DNA from: Catajapyx aquilonaris
Taxonomy: Eukaryota
Reading direction: 5' to 3'
Length of the DNA: 40,476 nt
Assembly: GCA_000934665.2 (NCBI GenBank)
Contig: JYFJ02000904.1
Span: 62,001-102,476 of the forward strand
Positions 1 through 10,252 of this stretch are shown piece after piece. Below the pieces are notes generated by a model. That model was not told where the DNA came from, ran no database searches, and was given only the letters and a program-made list of their open reading frames with translations. The translations under genes and the position numbers were made by a program. Position 1 is the stretch's first letter. Each line of letters starts with the position of its first letter.

Positions 1-2672
1 ATTAGAATCAATGTTGTTATTTACTAAGAGCCACACTTGAGTCAGGCAGGGGGGTCATTCAGAAGGCGAGTCATATTCGAAGAGGGCTGTCCCAGGCGAG
101 GGAGTAGCCAAAAGCCGCCAAAGGGGACCCAATGAAGGGGTGAACATTTCAGAGAGGAATCTTCCTTCCTTTCCCCTCCGCCCCAGCATCAGGGCCATCC
201 TAAGACCGCCCCACCCTCTCAACCCGTCCGAGCCTTGGCTCCTCAAGGATGACCACTCTGAAACACACTTCCTTCCCCTTACACATGCACACATTCATAC
301 TCGCACATACGAGCCAGCACGCATGTTCCTTTCACATGCTGCAGGCCTTGATTCAAATGACAATACAACTGTCACAATGCTCCATGTCAAGCGCCTGTCA
401 ATATGATTTTATGTTGAATCACTCTTTCACCTGCATGTTACAATATAATTATTATACATCACGCATAAGGTGACTCAGCGAATATTTCCAAATTTGCCAT
501 TATCATGTATGCCATACATGTTCACATGAATTCTCAGGTGTTAAAACTAGCTTTCATATTGCCAATACTATGTATCATTAGCACATTCATTAGTCGGTGT
601 CCGTACCCAAGGTTCTTCTAGGTGTGTCGCTCGCGACGCTCTTAAATCATACAGTGTAAGTTTTCAACAGGCACTGGCTAATTAACGAGCAGCAATTCGC
701 CTGTAGCTGTTTCTTTGACTGATTGGCAGTAAAAGTGTGGATAGATTGGCTCAACTGACCGACTTGAGGAAGGCCAGCCGGGCTCGGTCCAAACCGTTGC
801 CAACACCAGTCGGTGAAGTTGGTGGTGGTCGGCGACGCCGATTTCTGGGTGGTGCCACCGGCATCAGCAACCAGATGCACTTGGGCCTGGCACTAAAGCT
901 CACTTTCTTCACCATCTATTCCACAAACCTCGCCCAAAAAATATATCCGATGACATCAGAGCTGACCAAACCCTTCCGCATGTCAACTCGTGTCTTCCTC
1001 AAGGGTGTAGATGTCTCAACCCCGGATAAGATCGCCACTTGTCTTATTCTTCGACCCACGTTTCCACCAGACGAGATGATTAGGATCCTCTGACATCATA
1101 CCACTATCAGCACAAAAAAAGTTGTTGTATCCACCACAGAATCCTCCGAAAAGCTTCCCCTTTCAAATTCGAGATGGTCTTTGGTCAGCATCACTTTCCC
1201 TTCGGCAGAAGCTCCCCACACGAGGTCACAACCGGACCTGCTAGCTCTTGGCCGACTACTAGACTAGCCCAGACCAGAGGCAACAAGTTCGTTTGGCCAA
1301 ACAGCCTCCCACGCACATCAACCGTCCCAAACTCCTCCTCATGTATCCTGACGTCAATAGCTCCTGGTAAACAATTCTGTGCGTCGTTTTGTGACTGAGG
1401 CGTGAAGGTCGGTATGTAATATGCACCTATTGTTTTATTCCAAGCCCAGACAATATCTGCAATCGCGCTGTATATTTTAGTAACACATCTGAGAGTCACT
1501 CGGGTTACTAGGTGCAAGTCCGTTGCCCTTTAGTCCGAGGTAGAGGATCGACGTACTGGGGTGCCCTGTTCCATCAGCTCTTTTCACGCCCTTCAACCAC
1601 GCCCATCTCTCTGCAAGCTCACCGGATGTTGGGTAATAACTCACCCAGGGCCCGTGTGGCACTTGTTCATCAGTAAGTGCTCGAAAACGCCCTTTTTCGG
1701 AGAGCACGGTCTGACCTTCAAGACTGATTTGAATTTCGTTATATAGGCAGGTTAGGTGGCAATATACAGAATTTTTACACTAATAGCAGCCTCCTTCAAC
1801 TGAACTTTTAAAAGCCATCAACGCAATCAGCATCCACATGTGCTGACCTTTCCCGTTACTAAACAAACATACAAGGAAGACGTCAACATTACTCACTCAA
1901 TGCCGCGTAATCCTGCCATGAATCATACTGATCGCTGATAAATCACGTGGCAACATAGTTGTATACACAAAACGGTGTACGGAAAACCCAACCCAACCCC
2001 AGCCCAACAATGCATTTAAAAAAAAAGCGGTTCTCCCGGTCATTAGACCGGGATTCTCAGAACTTTTTGAGTCACTCTTGCTCCAAACAAGTCATTGCCC
2101 AACAGGTCACAAAAGCCTGACACATGCCCATTTATGCAAGTGCATGTTACAGTACTTCCAAGAGAATTACCTAACGACAGGTATTTTTTTGTGACCCTCC
2201 TATCTGGATTGAGAAGCTATAGGCGACGAAAAGGAATGACCTTGCACCCCCCTGACCACCACCTCCTCCTCCTCACACACAAACATCACACACGTTATTT
2301 TACGAAGGGGCTCCTCCTTTTTCTCTGGCGCCACCCACGCCGGCACCAGACGGCTGACTCAAGTCTGCGGAAGCTCATTCAAGACTTCCAGAGAATATAT
2401 ACACGGACAAAAGGAAGCGGGGGATGCTTGGCAGAGGGAGGTCACTCCCCACACACTCCACATATGATCGCACGTGCCGCTCATACCAACTCAAGGGGCG
2501 TCACCTCGGACCCAATCCTGGGAAAATATTTTCTAATCCGATGGATAAGTCCGGATTTACTGGACTTCCTTAGAAGGTCCGACCTGAAGGGATGACTCGT
2601 GGTAAATCTAAGAACAACTTGTGATATTCAACAATCACTTGTTCTGAATTTACTATATATCAATCACATTAG

Positions 2673-2790
2673 GTACAATCTGTCTCAATAAGTTTCGGCC
2701 ACTTTATCCTGGTCTTGAAGCTACTTGAAGCGTTGCAGGTTGCTTCAAGACCAGGATAAAGTGGCCAAAACTTATTGAGATAGATTGTAC
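2673..2790. repeat. Long imperfect palindrome (~118 nt, essentially no spacer)
   Basis: GTACAATCTGTCTCAATAAGTTTCGGCCACTTTATCCTGGTCTTGAAGC pairs with GCTTCAAGACCAGGATAAAGTGGCCAAAACTTATTGAGATAGATTGTAC, with 2 differences in 49 bp. Confidence 0.95.
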
Positions 2791-3158
2791 GTTGCCAAAT
2801 TCCAAATTTTACACCACTTTCGACAGTATACCGACGCCAGTCTGGGCCTAAAAAGTGCTGTAAAACGGATTTTGTTGACAAACAGGGCAATTAGTGGAGT
2901 GTGGCGGGTTGTTGTCGAGTTTGGAGGTCGGCATAACCCAAACAAGTGGGCAGGAGACAAGCCCCTTCCATACTACTAAAGTGATATCCTGCCACCCACC
3001 ACTTCCTCTGGTTGCTGTGTGTGAATGAATGTGGATCATATGTATGTTGCACAACAAAACCAGTTTAGGTGAAGTCGAGGTGGGAAATGCCTGCCAAGTC
3101 CTTGGCGTGAATGGAAACACGATTACAAGCCCAGAATGAGGTAGCCCGAGTACCGGCA

Positions 3159-3311
3159 GATTTTTACGAGATTCACCCACCATTCCATATGATTTACATA
3201 GGAAAGTCACCAAGGAATTCACTCTCTAAATGTGTACATTTAGAGGGTGAATTCCTTGGTGAATTCCATATGTAAATCATATAGAATGTTGGGTGAATCT
3301 TGTCCAAAATC
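3159..3311. repeat. Long imperfect palindrome (~150 nt, arms ~75 nt)
   Basis: ...AGATTCACCCACCATTCCATATGATTTACATAGGAAAGTCACCAAGGAATTCACTCTCTAAATGT-GT-ACATTTAGAGGGTGAATTCCTTGGTGAATTCCATATGTAAATCATATAGAATGTTGGGTGAATCT... Confidence 0.95.
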
Positions 3312-6300
3312 AGTTCGAGCCACCAACGAAAGTCAGACATCGAAGGTCGATGCAGTGTCATCCCAACCACTCTGGATGCCCTTCGTTCCGCCACATTATG
3401 TCCACTTCTTTTGCTTTCATTGATGCTCTGGCGCCATTCTGCTGCCACTCACATCCCACAAGTGCCAAATGGAATAAATTACACCCAACCCCACGTTTTT
3501 ATGAGAGCTCTTATCTTAAGCAAAAAATGTAACATACCCAGGGCCAGTGCATGGCAAGAGGTTGCAGGTACCACAGTCCGTACACACGTCTGGGATAAGA
3601 CTGATGCGCCTTTTGCCTGCTGCTTAGTGGGGCGCCAGTCTCCTTGCCGCAATTGGCTGCGGCCAGAGGAGGCCATACCCATGCTAAGTTCTTAGAATTG
3701 GGGCCAGCTGACTCGCGTGATCACGTCGATGCCAACAGGCTTCCTCATCATACTACAGGATGCAACCTGTTGCAATGTTCACAAAGGAACCATACCTAGG
3801 AGCAATATTTCAACCCTTTCACCTCAAATCTGGATATGCGCACGTGGCCTCCAAAAACACTGTGGTTTAGCCTTAATTCCTTTCCACACCCACACTTCAG
3901 TCATGACCTTTCTGGGAGATAATTAGAGCACTGATTACATATCCCTAGAAGACCTGTTTGGGTGGGGTACGTATTTTTTCGCTTCCATTTTTGACTCAAT
4001 GCCTTTTGGACAAGTGGGGCTCAAAAATATTATAAATTATGCTGTCGAGCACAGTTAGCCAATTTCTCAGGCTGACTGAGGCCTTGATCTTCGTGAAGCT
4101 CACAGTACCTTTCAAGCTAGAGATAAAAAGGACGCCGCATGACACAATCCGAGACCTCTAAAACGGAAGGTTATGCCTTCAGACATCCAAGATCCTTGGT
4201 ATAACCGCGCAGACTAATATTGTTCCCGCTGTGCAAAACCATAAGGAAGAAGTAAACAACGTGAGTTTTGACATTTACAGCCTGGTGGCCACTGTATAAC
4301 AATTGTGGCAGCTCGCTCTAAGACGCACTTTTTGTTTCCGTGTTCGCACTACGATCTACATGCAAATCCAGACGGAAGTGCATGTCACGAAGCGCTCCCA
4401 TATTTGGCACCCATCGATAGTAGGTGTTTCTAAAAGTATTGCGCAAATCGGAGAAGTAATTAAAGGAAACACCAACGTTATAATCAAGCTGTTCGTGTGT
4501 GATGCCTACCTTGACGTTCCACCATATTCCGGACCTAACATTCATCCTGCCGTTCGTCTACACACTCTTTTCGCAACTGACCCATATATGATTGGTGTCT
4601 TGCCCTTGCAATCCCAATCGCATCTTGATAAAAAGGAATATGGGAATTTTGCCAGAACGTGGGTGAGTCAGCGGCTACAGCAAAAATCGTGCACTAGTAA
4701 CCATTACAGCAGGTGTTGGGAGAAAAAGCGGTGCATTCCGCCAAGTGCAATTACACATAATCCTTTGCATGAGTCAAGTTCCTCGTGTCCCTTGGAGCTC
4801 TTTCCCATGACGGCACGAGTGTGGAATCAGTCCGGTTGCCCACCTCCAGGCCAGCAGGATGGGTGTGTTGATGACGGTCATTACAACTACAGATGTGGGC
4901 GATTCTACCCCATCATCAACACTCCCCCTCCAGCCATGACGTCACATTCTGGAATAGTCTACTTCTCGTCATACATGCTAAACACATGTGCAATGACGTG
5001 AGGTGACGCTCTGGGTATGACGTCTCAATCCGTGCTTAGGTCATGACTTCACCACTTGCTCAATTGTACACCTAAATGGGGATGAAGTGACTCACTCCGC
5101 ATCCAGATTCACGACCAACGAGAACCGTGATGCATAATATACAGTGATCAGTTTTTTGTTGCTTGAAAGTTTCGTAACCAGTCCCGGAACAGAAGCATGT
5201 GACGAAGTCGGACTTCCGAGTCACGCCTGCTGTCATAAAAGGTCATGCCCAGTCATAAATCATTGGCATGTCGTAGGCGGCGATTGATCCTATGCAGGTG
5301 TGGTTCTAACGCTGCGATGTCACCGGTAAACTTGTTAGGACCGGTTGTACAGTACCAGCGCAAGGTATAGGTCTACCTTGTTATTTAATTGTCGGCAACC
5401 ATTAACTAACAATTAGTGACAAGGGTAGACCCGTACCTGAACCTGTATCTCTCTTAGAAAGTATGTCCAATCGGAGCTCCTTACACGGTAAAGTCATCTA
5501 TAAATCGTACCATTCAGTTGATAGCCAAAGGATCTACAGGTGTATCCTTGGTTTGCAGTTGACTATGACATCCCTGAAGGTCAGAACAGGGGTGCCGCAG
5601 TCAATTGCAAAAGAGAGGATATCCCACCTATAGCTCTTTAGAAGTTACCAGATGACATCAACTGGCAGGTGGCCATCCCTCTCTTATCAAGAGGACCCTG
5701 GAACCTGGACCCAAGTTACGAACCGGTTCCTGAAGCACCTGCCCTTCGTCCCCGACCAGCATCAGCAATCCCTCCTGCTGCTGCTCCTCCTCAAGCTTAC
5801 TCCCAGCTTCCACCGAGGCCTGTTCCTCGATCACCACCATTGTTGCAGCCTCCTCTTTGTCTCCCAGCCGGGTAGCAATCGGAAGGCAAACTGGGCGGTG
5901 AAAATCTCCGGGCTCTTTGCCCTCCCTCTCTTTTCGCCCACTTGCATCCCAGTCTTTTTTCGCCTAAACTGGCTCCAGGCCAGGATGGCAAGCAAAGGTG
6001 ACAATGGCGGCCCGAGAGATCCCTGGGCTTGATTATGGCCATCCTCCACCCATGCAAGAGGTCATTGTAGTAGGAGCCAGAACTCTTTTTCCTCAGAAGT
6101 TGCCCACGCTTCTTCCTCCAGTGGTTTCCCCGAGGATTCACAGGATCTGACATCCCCCGCTTCCTAGTCTTCGTCACACGTGATTCAGCCTTGCTATTTT
6201 CAGAGGTCTCCCGGTACCGCTTGCCAACTGTATATACCCCTACTTTACATTTTGACCCCTTTGAGCTATTTCCGAGCAGAAAGGATTCCGTCATACACCC

Positions 6301-9300
6301 CAGTTCTATGAACTTCAGGGGAAACTCCGACCGCGACAACAAAGCCTCGTCTTCTGGTAGCTGCCAGGAATATGTGCTTTTGCAGAATTCTGGTAGCACC
6401 TCTATAGGCTGGCTTGTTTGTTTCGGAGAAGCGTGTGTCCGGCTGAAGGATGCGGCAGAAATAAATGGCTACCAACACAGGACTATATACAGGAAGAGCT
6501 AGTGGCTATAATTACTTTGCAGCTAGACAATGCCTGTTGATGCTACAGGTGAGATTCACGGCGTACCGGTATTATACTGTACATAAAACTCGGCCACACT
6601 CCGTGGGAGCCGGTAACAAAAACTTATAGTCCTTGGACATACACAATGCCAATTTCCTTCTGTCCAGCATTTTATCGAGGCCAACTTTAATTAATAGCTA
6701 GAAAACTAAACTAACAGATAAACAATGCGTTATAATTTGTCATAAACCCGACATTTACGATGTAGCCTGCGTTGTGGGAAATATACCACTCGGTTGTATA
6801 CAAGAAGTGGCAGATCCGACTCTAATCAACATCCGGATTGCCGTTCCGGATGTTGTGGACTCATAAAGGAAGCAATTGGAGCACTAAAAGGAGGCGGTAC
6901 GGGGACGTCCCGGGCTAACCACAGCAAATGATAGATCGTCTGGAAGTACCCGCTTTCATGCCACATCCGATGCAGACCGGAATGGAAATAGACTTCATTT
7001 GAGTAGAAGACCGGAAGAGACTCATTGCCGCTTCCAAGACATGCACTTAACATATGACGTTGCGATATCCGTTGCCTTTTTATGTACACTGCCGGTGTGT
7101 ACGGAAGGATATAGTCGAGCCATGGTATGTCATAATCACGAATGTCAGGTTGGGATCACTTTTCCTCCTTGGTCCAGATAATGTAGGTGATACGTCAATG
7201 AAGTCATTTGGTACACTGTACTGTGACAAATACGGTTTCGCCATTGCCGATATTGTCACGTGATAGGGATGTAAAAGAAGCATTTACGCAGCTGTTAGAT
7301 ATTAAATTCGAGTAACAATAGAAGCCCAGACTATAGTCTTGCTCAATATTGGCAATATTTTTTTCATGCTCAGACTTGGGGCTCGTTTACAGGCAGTGCG
7401 TGCAAAAAATGGCTTATTGAATGTGGCTCAAGTAGGCCTACGGTGTTAGTTTGCACATAACACATGGCAATAAAAACTGCTCAATCCCATGTGTGCAGTG
7501 CAACTTCTGAAAATAACGCCACGTATTTTTAAAACTACAGAGCCCGACAGAACGAGTGTCACGACGAACAAGTGGCAAAACAAGACCTGTCAGCCTTGAG
7601 TCCCCAACAATAATGCCATACACACGCTTTTGTCCCACTTTGCTACCCTGCACATAAATGGCAACCCCCGCAAATATAATAATCATAATTAAATACAAAT
7701 CACACCGATCCTTGGCACCATTTACGGTGACTGGGTGTCATCACCCATGGTGCCAACTCACGCAGCTGACTAGGCCTGGGAACATTTTTGGTTGATACGG
7801 AGCCTACCTCTCATCCCGGATGATCCGGGTTGGAACGGAACGGAATCCGGTGCGGATCAGGCCGGATCGCAAGTGGAGACAGTGCGGGACGGACGGAGCG
7901 ACGGGACAGACTGCGGAAGGACGGCGGTTCCTTATTCCTCGTTTCTTCCGCCATTACCACCCTGGGAATGGGTTGGAGGAACGGACGGGAGGTGGCGGGA
8001 CTTGACGGGCAATGTGCCCTCGGTACACGTGACATATGTCCTCCGATACATACCTTCCTAAACACAACCATGTCTTCAACACTATTGCGCACTTGTTCCT
8101 GTCGCTGCTTCCGATCGACTGTATGGGGCCAACTTTTTGGGCAAGCTTATATAAATTCAGGGGTTGAAAAAAATGAAAGTTGGAGCAGGTTCGGATGACA
8201 CATGAAGATTTCCGTTCGTTTAGCGTCGGACTTTTGCCAGTGTGGTTCCCCTTATTCAAGGCGAATAGTTGCCAAAAAGAGATTAACGCCCGGCGCTACA
8301 CTGCCTTGAACACAATAGTACCCTAAGGTTTTCCAGGAAACCAGGAAGAGGCGATGCTTAATTATATCCTGAAAGTGAACATTACCCTTCGTGCACAGTG
8401 GAAAATACGGTGTTTAGTGTACGAAGACAAAACACTTTCAAAATACTAAAGTGCATGCCAAAATAACCTGGCACATACTACACAAACATGAGACATGAAT
8501 ATGTACCAAAATGCATTTCGGTGCATTGCACCTGCCAAGAATGGAGCATATGCACCACAAGCCGATCTGATTGATGAGGAATTCGAGTGTGGTCCGCATA
8601 AATCGGGTCCAAGCATGTGGCATTGTCGTCCGAGGACAAGATAACCTTTGCCAAAAATTCAGATTGCCAGTTGGGCGGAACAACTTTGGCATCAGGCCTC
8701 CTGGAAAGTGAAACAACGCCGCCATTCAAAAAGAACCGCATCAGCAGCCTAAGATTAATGGGTAACCCACTGACGTAGTTCGATATTGAACTGGCTAAGG
8801 TGCAACTGACATGACGAAGAAGAGCCAAAAGAGTGGTAAGGAGGATTTTTAAGACAGGCAACATTGTCTAAAGGAGGGGAATTGCGGCAACGTGGTCCGT
8901 GAGAGGACAGATTTAGGCCGCGCCCAAAATACTTCCCCACTTCCCTTGGTTCTGCCCTTCCCAAGATTCGCCAGCAACACACAAACTGCGAAACTTTGGC
9001 CTCTTTGTCCACCCAGACATATTCCGAAACATGTACTTCACGCTGACAGACAACCTTGTGCATTATTCATCCCTGATGTGTTTGAATCAGGCGCGGTTTC
9101 ACACTCGGTGCACCGTAGTTTTTGGGCCACACTATTGTTGCACAGGTGTATCCTTGACATTGCGGGGAATCTTTGTTAGCTGGCTGCGTACCAGGTGTTT
9201 GACAGCTCCAGATGCTAATGTAATTAAATGGTAGCAATATATTTACGTGAGCAAAAAATGACCTTGAATCTGCGCCCGGGTCAGATGGCGTGTCGCCTGA

Positions 9301-10246
9301 TGGGCAATCTGGTTGCTGGAGCAAACAATTTGTTATAACTGTTGCGAAAGTGGCTCATTTGTATGTCAGCAGGTGCGCTCTTTTAACTAATTACGTCCAG
9401 GGTAGCTGATTTCGTGACATAAATATTTGTCAGTTTTTTAACTAATATTTAAGAATAGGCGTCGACCACTAAATCAAAACATGTTTTTTGCACCTGCACT
9501 TTTTTGCTGGTAGAGTGGGCCAAGTGTTGCATAACGTCGGTATTTTTACACCCCTTCTGGTCCACATTCCATTTCGCACCTTGCGAATTCCCCGTATCTC
9601 GACACCCGTAGCAAACTACGTTACCATTGACGTATGTGTCGGTGTCTCTGGTCGTCCCCTCCTAGTCGACGGAGGTTGCCAAGTGTTGGCATGCACCAGG
9701 AACTCCCCGTCCCTGGGCACCGTCACACTTCTGCGGAACATCCTGGGCCTCCGGAGATCCGGAGGGAGAGGGCCGTTGTGCATCATGGCACAGTCTGATG
9801 GGCCGACGGTGCACTGAACCGGAGCTTCATGGCACGTCGATGTGCCGAGGGGGAAGGAAGACTGGCGGGCATCACGTCGGTGTGTGTTCCCCTCCAGTTG
9901 CGCGGAGTCGGCTGCGTCTACTGGGCCCAGATGGCGCCTCGTCGGCCACTTAAGCCTCTTTTTATGCCAACTTTACGGCGCCAAATCCTTCTGCAGAGTA
10001 ATGGTCCATTGATATGCAGCTTGATGACGCTCCCTGCACTTGGGACCAGCACGGGGTCAAGCCGTGGGAAGCCAGCAGGGAGTTGTCACGCTCCGTAACG
10101 ATGGCCAGATCACCAAACTGGCACGAAGCGGTTGTCCAATATAAAGAAACAAAAGGAATAACATGCTCCAGCTTTATTGGAGCTGCTGGACACACTGAAA
10201 TCTGGACGGTACATATAAAAAGACAACATTTTTTTTTTCTTCCTGT

Positions 10247-10252
10247 TTTATT
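10247..10252 (-). terminator. Candidate NLK polyadenylation signal (AATAAA)
   Basis: Minus strand AATAAAACAGGAAG-A(n)-TGTTGTCTTTTTATATGT, i.e. hexamer then a GU/U-rich downstream element. It sits at the compositional boundary with the 0-10 kb region. Confidence 0.45.

Noticed and set aside
1659..1680. CTGATGA on the minus strand as a hammerhead ribozyme core
   Set aside because: It sits in a simple hairpin loop, without the stem II-GAAA-stem III arrangement.
600..9960. Hairpin series as a CRISPR-like array, tRNA cluster or rRNA
   Set aside because: The hairpins share no repeated sequence or regular spacing. I recognised no tRNA cloverleaf/T-loop or rRNA signature, and the context is eukaryotic.
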